Shown here: positions 26,101 to 39,746 of the stretch, in pieces
Layout: every line of letters starts with the position of its first letter
How positions within the stretch are numbered: the first letter of the stretch is position 1
Assembly (NCBI RefSeq): GCF_037042905.1
Contig: NC_087251.1
Location: 18,478,001-18,542,000, forward strand
Source: Lytechinus pictus
Lineage: Eukaryota
Reading direction: 5' to 3'
Length of the DNA: 64,000 nucleotides
Made by a program: the position numbers and the translations under genes
The notes under the pieces: model-generated
What the model saw: only the letters and a program-made list of their open reading frames with translations
Database searches by the model: none
Told to the model about the DNA's origin: nothing

Positions 26101-29100
26101 TACAGACGTTTGTCAATCATTTATGATTGTTTATGTGTGACAGTTCACCATCCGAAAAAAAAGACCAGGGCTCGATCTTCGAACCACTATATCAATTCAT
26201 ATTTTCCCCAATAGCTTGGATGACAGGTTTTACGTCACAACGCTTTGCTTTGGTGTAGAATAATGACATTATATCCAGTCAGAATATTAGAAATTAGTGC
26301 TTCTGAAAATAAACACAAATCTGCATGTTCCATCCAGTAATCCATACAGTATTGCAAACCTAACATGGATAGAATTTTGAGGAGAGACTTGTATAGGTTT
26401 CGTCTGATTATTCGTTTCTTTGACCGAGTACCTGAGAAATATATTTGTGATATTAGTTGAATACTGTACATCATCTGTCTACACACACCATCATTCTTAT
26501 TTATTGAAATGCAATCGATTAATTTCAATGAATTTTATTTGCATTTTATAAAATTATCAAAGCAGTAAACACTTTGGGAAAATGTATTGCTTGAAACCCG
26601 TCCATGTATACGTGCACATACAGTAAATACACTATTAATTCCATTTTATCCTATTATAGAAATAAGAATCTCAAATGAAATATATAGTACCAGAATCTGT
26701 TAGCATAGCTTAGTTGAACATTGAATAAATTTATCCTGATTCTATATCCGAGTCAATGAAAGCCCTGGGAAACATCTGAGTATAGAATTTGCTTGAAGTA
26801 AAACGAATGAGTGCAAATTCAAATTCAGGAGAATGACATACTTGCTGAATCATTTGCTGATGTAATCATGAACGATAAATAAATATGAATATAATAAATT
26901 TCTTTTTATTACCTCCCACCAAGAGCTTTGTCTTTTGGTAAAAAAATGGAAAGTAATTAACATAATTGAATAAGACATAGAGCCTTGCACTGTCTCTGGG
27001 AAGAGCAAGGATGGTGATATTTTCAAGAAGCGAGAAAAATCAAGTCGCGTGCAGACTATTGCAGGTTTTTTTTCAAGAAAAAGAAAGAGTTTTTTCACAG
27101 CGGAGTGTGATGCCGTTCGAAATTTGCAATGTAAGTGAAAATGAGATTTCCTGGGATTTACATATAATGAACCAGTCCTTCTCTTAACTGGTGCAAGCGA
27201 ATCTTTTTCGACCGTATGCCCGACACGCAAAGGTCAATTACCTTCCTTATATCTTGCGGGGAGATGGTTTTTAGATCCCTCACTTGGAAAGGCGCCTTCG
27301 TAATTCCTTACTTGTCCTATTCATCAAAATCATCCATAGTTCAAAATTGAAAATTTTATTTTTATTGCTTCTTATTTCCTTCGTAGTAAATGCTCTTTCT
27401 CACATGCCCTTATTGAATTAATATTCTAGCTAATAATTGGTAAACTATAAATATAATATTGGTATTATTTAGAATTTTCATTATTTTGAAAATAAAGCAA
27501 CCATTGCAATAGCGGATTAGTCAATGGCGCAGGTCTAAAATACATTTGTTCATATCAAGATTATCGTTATATCTGGCACTATCAACATCAGCAAACATGT
27601 TGGGCTTATATGTGGGCGAGCACGGATGTGTGTCTGTCGGATGTGGGCTTACAAAACCTCACGAATATATTTGAGATTCCACTCCTAACAGGGATGTGGT
27701 GTAGTAAATAAAAAATAGCATACAACCCCAGATCAACGATTACCCCGTCAGACGAAGGCATTGAACTCACTTGGCGCCAATTTATCTTATCGCAGTCGTC
27801 TGTTTCTTGCTGTATGGCCACTGATAATATACATATAAGGGGATTCCCTCCTTGAACCAATTTTCCGCCAAACTATGCTACTTTTCTTTCATTTTGGGAG
27901 TAATACTACACCATCAGATGCTTTACTCAGATTAGGTTGTATGATATATTCTGCTTTGTGACTAAAAGGTAAATCCGATGACGATAGGAAAATGATCGAT
28001 GTAAAATGGTTTGTTTAGTTGAGTTCTTACCGTCAGATGCATGTGTAATTGATAACATATTGAATTAAAGCTATGCCGATTCTGTACTGAACTGACATAT
28101 CTCTTAGAATCAAATATAATCTGTGACAGAGTATATCTAGATTTACACTCTTCTTCACAATTAAGAGAAACACATATGATTGTTTGAAAATGACGTAAAA
28201 GGAAAGACGAATATTAATGAAGAGAAAAACACATTTTGTCATTTTTTTTTCACCAAAATTACGACAATGATATGAATTTCCCCTAATTTCTACATAAATT
28301 TTTACATCTAATAAAATGCGTATTGAATATTTTACCAAACCAAATTGTGATAATAAACAAACCATTTCCCTGACTTTAACGTGCCGTTATGTTTGTTAGA
28401 CTGTTGAGGAACGTTCGTTTAAAATAAAGTTATTGAAAATCTTCAGTACTTGAAGAATATCGAGTATGATTAAAGTGAATATAGTGAATAAGTTGAAATA
28501 TGTTGAATTTGTTTGAAATTAAAATAACGACAAATAAACGCAACTGATATTATGACTGATCATTGATTAAGCAAAATTTTTGAATAAAAATTAACATGGA
28601 TGAGTATAATCGGATATCATTTTCATATTCATTTGATATAAGAAATCAAGTTTTAATAATCTCCAATGATATACAATTATTTAATTACATGCTAATCATA
28701 TTTCGTTTAAAAGAATGTAATATATTTTTTTTTAATCGTCGATTCATTCATGTTTGTAGGCGTATGAGCAAGTCTATAAAAGGTTCTGACGTGCACGATT
28801 ACATATTATCATTGGATTGATCATTATTGTGATATATGAAATCATCAATTTAAACTCCAAAATTGTTTTACAATTTATTGAACAGTAACATTGCTTGTCT
28901 AATAAAACAATCATTCATAATAATGACCAAGGCATACAGCCATTAAACGTGAAAGCTGGACTTCTAAACTTGGAATCAAATATCAGATACTGAATGGTGA
29001 TATGAAATGAAATTTGTTGTTCAAACCGTGCGTGGTGCATCTGCAGCACTCATTTATAACAGGACGTCAATTGTCAGTTGGCAATTTTGCAACGACAAAC

Positions 29101-30221
29101 GAGATAATTAGATTGATTACATACTGCACATATTAAACTCGATCTTATCTCTCGGAGAGTCGATATGATGGCGTATCAGTTTTTTTTTTGCTGCTGCTGT
29201 TTTTCTATGTCCCCGATTCAATTATTAGGTGCTGGATACAGATACCTCGTTTAATAGCAATAAGCAAAGTCGTAAAAATAATTTCATAACGTATGCAATA
29301 CCATGCATACAGTTCTGTTTCACTGGCAAGAGGTGGTTATTACATGCTACTTTGTCGGTACCAAAAACTAACACCAATATTTTAACTTAATTTGTGCAAG
29401 ACAAAGTAATAACTTATGCAAAAAAATACTATTCAAATCAATAACTTATACAAAAAAAGTTGATGGAGCAAGTTTGAAACGGACATCTTTTACCGAATTC
29501 GGTGATAGGGCAATAATTTTGTTAATTGTTTATTATTATTTTTCGGGCGCACTATACATTCACCATAATATTTGACTGAAAATAGCATGTTGAGTAATTC
29601 ATCTGCCAAATCATTGGATCTTTTCTAGTTATCGTACCTCCAATCATGGAGTATACCTCTATGCATGATCCAATCTAACAATATCCCGTGAAATACCTTT
29701 CAGTACTGTTGTTCAGCCGTGTGTCACACACAAACGCGCTCTGAAAATTAATTGATGTAAACAACGGCAATTCCAAAACGTGATAACGTCGAAACTTCGA
29801 TCGATCAACTTCATCTGCAAATTGGCACAGTCGCCGAAAGAAAACAAGAGATGGAATTAGAAAGAGTTCAGTGGAAGGCATAAGTCGCGTGTGTAGCAAT
29901 TCACTTTTACACGAGCTAGTTGACCTAGCTAACAGATTGATTTTGGTCCAGACGCGAGTTTGTAGTCGGAATAAACAATCAGGTACGAACAAGTATTCGG
30001 GATTCTAAAAGAGATTGAAATCCCTGGAAGGGGTAAAGGTGTGTTCTGTGCATCAGCAACTTGAATTCCAGAACGGAAATTAGATCTACCTGACAAGCCG
30101 TCAACGATTTGACCTTACTCAACAACATGGAATAATTTCTACGAGTAAAAAGTCGTTTCTAACTGCATGGCATTATCATTATTACGTACTTTATGGAACA
30201 TGCACCCGTATTATTTTATTT

Positions 30222-30652
30222 TTCATTCATTTCATTTATTTCCATAGTCAAATTAAAAACAAACATAAACATCAAATCACAAACAAGAATATATATCACA
30301 TAAACAAAATATTATTTAAAAAAATAATGGAAAAGAGAGAAAGCTATAGCACATGCAAAAACTTCATTGATTATAGTGGAAACACCAAAAGTCATGAGGG
30401 CTTATCGAGGGTATTCCCAAATAATAGGAGAACTGTTTTGATAAAGAGATGTCAAAGTCAAGGTAGAGAAAAGACAAGAGAAATAAAAATGAGATTGGAT
30501 AGTACACAAGAAGAGAGATGGTCATGTAGCATGTTTCTCTAAAGTTTATAAATTTTCATTTTGCAGTATATAGTATTATATTTTGTTTTAAAGGATGACA
30601 AAGTAAGACATGATTGAAGTTCAAGTGGGATGCTGTTTCAGCATTTGGTATC
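30222..30652 (-). mobile_element. CR1-type LINE 3' fragment
   Basis: On -: decayed ORF2 C-terminus (..NSIPLELQSCLTLSSFKTKY) followed by a 3' UTR and an AATAAATGAAATGAATGAA tail. Confidence 0.6.
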
Positions 30653-31498
30653 CGTCATATCATGTAAATGGATTCATAAGTACCTTCGGTAACTTATCAT
30701 TTACTCAATTGCCTCTATTACAACATCAACAAAAAAATTAATAACAGAGTAATTTACCAAATATATTTTAAGCGTGAACTATACCACGGATAAACTTAAC
30801 CAAGTGTCAAATTTAAATCATCTCATCAATTCCTTTGTAAAGTTTAAATGCAGAATGTGATCAAATAACACACATTTTACCCACCTACATAATTTTATTG
30901 CTAATAAGAATCATTTGAGAATCTTCTTTGGGTGTTTTTTTTTTCATACTATAGTTGTATGAACTCGTTTTTTTCCTTTACTCTGTGTATATTTTGAATG
31001 GTTTATTCTATTCAGAAGTGTGTTGGTGTTGTTTCGATTGTGTTGTCAATCCCTCTTGTAATTAGTTATATATCTAGAAGGTTACCGTCAAGTCATCCTG
31101 CCTTGTATGGTCAGAAGGGTTGTACTCGACCCCATCATCAAATAGTATGTGGTGCATGTGATGAAAAGCCAATATTCCAATCATATCATCTTTATCGATG
31201 CTAGTCGGGAAATGAAAAGATGTCCAACCAAGCAAGATCGGGTATCACCTTCAGAATAGACCCATCTATGGAAGATCATGACGTGATCCCTACTATATAC
31301 CGCTATACGTCATGTAGAGCCGAACATTTTATTGATTCACTAAGATTTCTATGTAATGTGATACACGTTCGCCCCCATCATAGAATATTTGCTGAAACTA
31401 ATACTGACATTTTATTTCTAGAAGTCCCAATGTGAAATTGTCATTTTATGAATTGAGAACAAACTGCTCTTATCATTCGAGATACTAAGTACTTCAAA

Positions 31499-31812
<314 letters not shown>

Positions 31813-34800
31813 CTGCTACAGTACGAATTCTGCTCTTTTTTCCATTGCTACTACTAATGCTGCTGCTGCTTCAACAGCAGATACTACAACCACTATCCTA
31901 CTTTCACTGGTATCACTGATTCTACTACTTGATATTCTACTCTGCAATTATTTAGAAGAGAGAAATACCATATAGAATAATAACAGTTCACAATTCATAG
32001 CATGTACACAACATTGACTTGTACAGTAATTTTCTTTTTAAGATCTTGGCTTTCAGAAAGTGAGTAGTAACAGAATAGCTTTGAAGCATAAGCAACCTCT
32101 TGAAAAGCTTTTAATCGTACGTGGTTGCGATCGAGTCAGACTGATTTTAAAGCACTGCACCTTTCTACCCTCCAAAATGCACAGCACTTCGAAAGACTCC
32201 ATTGCAAACAAATTGCCATGTGCACTCAAAGAGCATATACCAAAGCTAAAGGCGATGCGAATTTTATTCCTTATGGAAATACATGTATATATGGGTAATT
32301 CACGAAGCATGTTTTATCATGTTTATTGTAAGTGAAATAATCTACTAAACATTAATCTATATAGCCTAAACGTGTACAGTTATTTTAGATGAATATAATT
32401 CATCATCAAGATTTAGACAACCCTTATGTAAATTTCCACATTTGAGCTATTGCAGCTCCTTGTTTTCATGACTGATATCATAATAATCATGATAATGGAT
32501 TAGCTCCTAGTCTCCATGTATTCGGTGGTGATGTAAATCTACAAATGGGACAGGGTATTACCCCGGCCTGAGTGTCTTTTATTTTATTTTTTATGAATTG
32601 CTTTTAACTATATGCGTGAATGAATCTGTTGGTGCTTTAACTGAAATATCAAAAATAGTCTTATATTTTTTGCAAATGAGAGAAGACAGTATTGTTGAAA
32701 TACCAGGTAAACCACAGATGAAAGTGTCCAATACCTCCACTAAATGTTAAGGAGAGATGCTCCATGTTGGTCATACACCTTCAAAGAATCGCTTCGAGAA
32801 TATACAAACACACTATAAGCAGATGTGCGGTCGTGACGTCACAAAACGAAACGCCAAAATTCCCATTGGTTTTGATTGAAGTCCCATATAAAAATGGATT
32901 ATATTGACCTGTTTTTATTGATCCACTAATAAAACATTTTAGAGCAAAAATTTGAATGGAACGGAATGATGTTAAGTTCTAATTAATTCAAAATTCTCAA
33001 AACTACGTTTTATGTATAGAAAATACGATTTGTCGAGATTTTTGTTGCGATGTAGTGAGTAGATTAGTACTTACTGCTACACTCAATTCGTTCATCAAGT
33101 AATTTAATGTTAATAATAATAATAATTATAACAATAATAATAATAATAATGTCTAATAATCCTCCAAAGATATGGAAAAGGTAACTAAATACTCATATTT
33201 TTTTAGATATTGCAATTCATTTTGACATATCAATTATAGTACATAATTATATTACACATAATTATAGTACATAATATAGTACACATAGCAGAGTTGAACA
33301 AAAAAGCCATCACATGGAATTAAAATAGTTTTTTTATAGAAAGAAAAAAAAAAAAAAAAAAATCTGACTGAATTAAATAGAAGAAAGTCCCATAAAAATA
33401 AGGGGCTATCTGATCCTCGTGTTGGGACGGCCCCCATATATAAGAGCATTGTTCTTATATTAATAAACCGTTTCCTAATGGAAATTTCTCTTTGAGTATT
33501 TAAGAAATGGCATTTTGCATGTTATTTTGTCAATCACATCCATTAGCATTATGAAATACAAGGAGCCCAGTCTGTAGTTGGGGGTTAAAACACACGTCCA
33601 TACACCACCTGTAGCACAGGTCCATGCATTTTCCACCATCGACGAGCCACTCGTGTATCGCTCTGCCAATATTTGGTTCTCGCTGAGTCGTGATGGTCTC
33701 CTTCGCCAATCCAGACTGTGTTCGGCAAACAGACGTGTTATTTTATGCTCTAAAAGTTGGATTTTTAAATAGGTTGTGGATTTCAACCTTAGGGCTGAAT
33801 ATTATAAACGCAACCTTCATATTGACTATGTAGTGTACACTTCTCTCCCTCGTTGCGTGCTTAAGAGCGGAAATAGAGCAGTCACTTAAAGCATTAGGTT
33901 TTTTTTTCTCTCATTAATGCGAGTTTGAAAGGATGGAGAAATTGTGAAAGGGAAATGAGGTACAGGTTTAAGGCGATTCACTGAGCAAACATAAAAATAA
34001 TTTGTGAAGAGTGGGAACATTTGTAAATAACGAAATAAAAATGTATATTAGTTAATATGTTAAGTCAGTTCGAAGTCAAAACATTTGCTCAGTTATGATT
34101 TTAAAACTTAATGTAACATATTTTTTTTGGTAGTGATTATTAAACTTATTAACGAAATCACAAACCTGCAATTAAATATAATATTCGTGTTAACTTTAGA
34201 ACATTAAAAATTTTACTTTTTTATCACAACCCTCTAAATTTTGAGATTCCTGTCAAGGTACCATTGTCATATGTTTTGTACTGCATAATGCACTTATAGC
34301 TTCATCTGTTTTGCTACACACGATTTTGACGTACAAAGTTTAGCACTGTTCTCATACTTTGGTCGATACGGCTTCCATAATAACGGGGATGGAAACGAGA
34401 GCACACATTATTTATTTTTACCTATTAAATGACAGATTTTAATCAAAGGACTTTTTTTAATATGTTCTATATTGAAAGAAAAAGAGAGAGAACGGTGGAT
34501 GGGAGAGGGAAAGGGAACGAGATGGAGAGAGAGGGGAGATGAAAAGGAGATGATTATCATAAAGAGACAATCATAGTATTTCGTTTCGTAACATGTGCGG
34601 GAATGAGATAATGCAGGATATTGAACTATAGTATGTGTGGGTAAAGTGTGTGTGAGTGTGTATATATGTGATGTGTATGTGTGTATAAGAGAGGGTGTGT
34701 GCGATGGGGAGGGTGTTAAAGTATAGGAAATACGAAAAAAAAATCAAAAAGCAATCTGAGTTAGGGAGTGTGATGCGGTGTGTGTTTGGGAGGGTGGGTG

Positions 34801-36427
34801 GGTGTGCGTGCGTGAGTGAGTGGGAGAAGGAGTGTAGCTAGGTCAGGTCGGCCTATGTGATCCGCAATTCGGTAAAACTTATCTGCGTTTTGTCCACTTG
34901 CTTTATTAGCATATCGCTTAGAGAGGAAAAACATTTAGATTATTGAACACGTTGAAGATGTTAAATTATGTTGGACACAATATTCATTGTGATATTAGGC
35001 AAGCTGTGGACACCGCTAAAGCTATTTGTACAAGGAGAACTGTTCTGCAAACTTCCATGCATTTATATTCAACAGTTTAAAATGAATATCCGTGAAATGT
35101 ATACTGTAACCATGGTAACCTTTTGAGTTATTTGATAGATTTAATACTTATTCATAGACTAAAATTGAACTGTGGAAGTTCCAATATTTAACTTTTTCAT
35201 TTTTTTGTACTAAATCAAATCAATGAATCTGCCAAATTTCGATAAACCAAAACGCTTATCACAATGCCTCTCATCTAATCCCCCATGCGCCGCCCGCCCA
35301 ACACACACTCTTGCCTGTTATTCTACCAACCCCCCCCCCCCCCTCTCTCTCTCTCTCTCTCTTTCTTCGACCTTTAAATGTTTTGTTGCAATACAATCTG
35401 TCCTGCTGAATTTTTGGGTGTGATGAACGTAAGTGTATCTTGAGCAATCGAATTCACCTGCAAGTTTTCTGATGAAATTTCTAGAGTGAATTGTTTTTGT
35501 CCACTTGAACAAACCATGGGATATCATTTCCAAGGTCGGAAGAGAATTCAAGATTGAAAGATGTATACAGAACCAGAGGGAGAGAGAAGATGTGTGACGT
35601 GGGGTTGTTATTTAGCTAATTACTTTGAGACACGTATAACCCACACCCTTAATCAACACACACATATACGCACACACTCCCACATAATTACGTTATACTT
35701 CCCCAATACTAACTCGTCCTTTTCATCATTTTTTTTTGTCATTTCGAAACACAAAACTTGTACTTTATTGTGATTTTAAAAGTACATCAGATGCGGTGAT
35801 TCGGAGAAAGTGGCAAACTTGCCTATTTTTCCTTCATCCATAAGACTATTAAAATCTAACAAAAACAAACCCCTAGAAGCACTCCAAAATCATTAACGAG
35901 GGACCTCTTCTCCTCTTATTGGCATTCAAATACTTGAAGTAACAATAATGGTTGCCTCTTAAAAAAGGCTTTTGAGTCCATCGAGTATGGCATACATGGC
36001 CACAGTAGATGCATAAAAAAAGCACAGGTACGATTAAGAGGATAAAAAGCAATTAACAGTTCACAGGTCGGAAAATAGCAATTACTTTTTGAGATGTCTG
36101 TTCTAGTCCTCAATACTTTATCAATTCCACTCGGCAAGAAAATAAAAAGCTGCTTTTTCAATAATAAATTTGATTACTTTTTCACCCACGGGTTACCGGA
36201 TTTAATTTCATTTATGCTTGAACAATAAATGTATCGGTATCTTTGATTTAAAAAAAAAATCATTTTCAAGGAAAAGGGTACCAACGTAATGATGGAGATT
36301 CAAAAGTTTCCGCATTTTTCTATTAAGAAAATGTGATTTTTTTTGCCATCAAGCCAGACAGCGTTTGATACATGTAGTTAATTACCTCTAATTTACAAAG
36401 TACGCTTTGGCTTTTAGACTGATAGGA

Positions 36428-37345
36428 ATAATAATAATTATAGATGGGATTTGTAATGCGCCAAATCCACTCTGCAGAGTGCCAAAGGCGCAGTCAAAGA
36501 AAGAAAGAGAAAAGTACAAATACAATGAAGGAACAATAAAGGAAACCAAAACCCAAGAAGAAAAGCAATCTTATTCGAAAGATTAAAATGCGAGGTGAAA
36601 TCTAAAACTTGTTTTATCAAAATTGGTTATAGAATAAGCGAGTTATGGAAGTTTGAAAATTCTTGTTTAACTTTCTATGGGGATCCTCAAATTGGAAAAC
36701 GTGCTTCAAAACGGTTGATTTTGTGGACAACTCTCCATTAGTTTTGTACACAAATTTTCAGATTTTCCACATTATCTTTCAAATTGCATCTTGCCTCCTT
36801 CTGAGCAACACATATCTCAAGGTCAGGAGGAGATCGGTTTAATCTGAAAATTTGGGTAAAAAACAAAACAAAATCAGCCATTTTGAAGCACGTTTGTCAA
36901 TTTGAGGATCCCCATTGAAAGTACAACAAGACTTTTTAAACGTCCATAACTTGCTTATTTCATAACCGATTATGATGAAACTTGTTTTAAATTGTACATC
37001 TCATTTTACTTTTTCCAATAAAATTGCTTCTCTTCTTGGGTTTTTGGTTTTCTTTAAAGAGTAGGAAGCATTGAATAGACGCGTCTTAAGGTAACGTTTA
37101 AATGTGTCAAATGAAGAGCATTCACGGATAACCAGGGAAAGATCATTCCAGAAAACAGGGCCAGCCTGAGCAAAAGCGCGTACCCCCATGTCTTAATGGA
37201 TTTGGGAACAACTAGGGAACCAGAGTTGGATGAATGTATTAAATTAACTTATCGTATTGTGGAGCAGAGCCGTTAATTGCATGGAATACTAGGATAAGGA
37301 TTTTGAAGATGATGCGATCGTTGACCTTAAACCAATAAAGATGCA
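36428..37345 (-). mobile_element. L2-type LINE 3' fragment interrupted by a TTAA MITE
   Basis: ORF2 C-terminus GVRAFAQAGPVFWNDLSLVIRECSSFDTFKRYLKTRLF (37060-37190). The 3' stem-loop/tail GCGCCTTTGGCACTCTGCAGAGTGGATTTGGCGCATTACAAAT..(ATT)n lies at 36428-36492. Confidence 0.75.
36540..37053. mobile_element. Kolobok-like MITE with ~185-bp imperfect TIRs
   Basis: (ATAA)AGGAAACCAAAACCCAAGAAGA ... TCTTCTTGGGTTTTTGGTTTTCT(TTAA). Confidence 0.8.
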
Positions 37346-39526
37346 TTTAGTCTTTTATACATCTGACATAGGTTACTGAAAGAAACTTATTATTGAAAAC
37401 TGTGTATTTTTTTTTTATCGACCTGTCCCTCGTTTGGCTCCATACAAATCATATAAATAGCCATAAAATTCCAATGCATAAAGCATACGATTATTTAAAT
37501 ATTCTTTTTAAGGATTCATGTTCATTAAACTTTGTATCAAATTACATGGACGCATTATTGTTCTTGCATTGTTATAAAGAAACTGTTTGTTTGCACAGTA
37601 TTCCTTTTCACAACAGCTGTTGTAATTGAAGAGGTAAATCGATAAATGGTTTTTGATATTTTCAAATTATGTTCAAACAGTCATAAATTTACATTTAGAC
37701 CTAAAAATATATTATGCTTTTGCTCTGTTAGCTTGGTAGTATTCGCAACTAGTCACGTCCAATGTCATCTATATTGCGACTTGAGAGATGATGATCCTGC
37801 TCCTAAGAATAAGATATATCAAAAATGTCTTTTTTTAATGTGATGTGATATTTACCATTAAGGGGGAGGGGGTGTGTTGATGTAGCTGACAAATTAGATA
37901 TACAATAATATTTGACATGCATGTATGTCGGGAAAGTCCCTCTCTTTAAATCATAAGTGTCACGACACGGTTTCCGTCTATATTCAAAGAAGTTACTGGA
38001 CAGATTATTAAAACTTATGGAGTTTAGATTGAAGTGTCGCCGGGGAGTTTTCGATAAAGCAGAGAAAAAGATGATAAAGAGGGAGAGAGAGAAGCAGAAA
38101 GGTAGCACTGGAGTACTCTGAGCAAAAGGATGCGAATGCTTTTCGTAATGTTGCAGGTATCGATTTTGTTGAGCTACGAAATCAATTACGAACGGCTCCT
38201 GCATCTGCATACGAACGCTACTGTGTATCTCCCCGTCTTAATAACGTGACCTTATCGCCTATAACGAGATGCTTATGACTTTGTGGTTGACTGTATATAC
38301 AATGATATTATTTGATAATACCTACCTTTTTTAAGTTCACCTAATGAAGGTTATCTTTCAATAGTTGCTTGCGCTCGTAATGAGGCATCATTCAATATAT
38401 AAATAAATAGGATATTAAAGGTGACCAACCTATATTATGATGCTACGTGAATCTTGATTAAACTGATGCCACTGTTAGCTTTTAATCTGGGCATGCTTAT
38501 ACCAGGTCATTATATCAGAATGTTGTCAGTTAGACTAGAACTGCAATAGTCAGTCAAATGTGACTTTCCATCTTTGTGCCATTCACTAATACCTCATTTT
38601 CTCTATACATTACTAGTTACAACTTATCAACATGCATATCGGGCAATGTTACTGTTCGTTAATAAAGCAAAATGCAGATTAACATCGACATCATAATCAT
38701 CCCGAATCAAATCCCATTATTAATGACCTTACAACTCATGCAAATTCATCATGTTCACTCGAACTCAGCAAAACAAGGCAGGCTAATTGTGACACAATAT
38801 ATACAATGTATTTAGAATCCATTATGACTTCAAAGTAAGAAAATTAATCCTCCAGTTTTTTATCTCAGCTATAGAGTAAATGTTTCTGAAAGCTGTATGT
38901 TTGCTCATATACTTATCTCTCTCTCAGTGTAGTCCAATTTTTCTTTCCAAGCAACGTACCCAACCTTAGTCCCTTAACTGACAGGTCGATAAGAACCTAA
39001 TGAATTGATACATTAGCTTTTATTTCAACTGTTCTCTGCTTGCGTCACAGTGGTCACGATATGCAGAGAGTCAACAGTGATCCATTAAATGAGCATTGTT
39101 ACCAGACATTCTGACATGTTCTAAAATTCAAAGAAGAAGTATCATTTTTTAAATATAATTAAGGTATCTTCCCTCTTGGGATTTGAGAGACATCATAATA
39201 TATCAAATATTTGAATAATCATTTCAGTGATGATCAGACTACTCCGACTTAGGATGGAAAGAAATAAAGAGAATCATCACTAAAATGTACAACTGACAAG
39301 CTTTAATATTAATAATTACAATATTGTTATGAGCTGTTACATAACATTTATCTTAACGATCTCTCATGATGGAAGCGAGGCAGAACGTTATTCTTCCTTT
39401 TCATAATCTCTCCTTAATTCTTGCCCTGCAAGTATTACATTTCAGTTTTTAATGAACGGTTGATTAGCAGCCCGCTAAGATCTCACTTTCAATAATTATA
39501 GAAACTCTTTTTTTTTCTTTCGTCAG

Positions 39527-39746
39527 GTTATATAAAGAGGACCCCAGTATACAAGACCTCTTCCCGTCGTTTAAAGGGAAAACTGAACAACAGCTACGGA
39601 ACGACATGGGTTTCGAAAATCAGGCTGTGATGATCCTCAACGTCTTCGACGAAGTGATCGAGCAGCTGAACAACCTAGATGCTGCAATATCCTTATTGAA
39701 GAAGACGGGCAAGAAACATTCGATGATAGATACAGATATGATGCTG
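39527..39746 (+). CDS. GbXL: Globin X-like, coding exon 2
   Basis: Polypyrimidine tract plus CAG acceptor at 39524-39526. It continues exon 1 in frame: (R)LYKEDPSIQDLFPSFKGKTEQQLRNDMGFENQAVMILNVFDEVIEQLNNLDAAISLLKKTGKKHSMIDTDMML, with ProC2, PheCD1 and proximal HisF8 (39717-39719). Phase-0 donor GTAAGA matches G7.0. Not in the ORF track. Confidence 0.93.

Noticed and set aside
30990..31440. Possible highly decayed reverse-transcriptase remnant
   Set aside because: Only vague motif resemblance; no continuous frame. It would need a translated HMM search.
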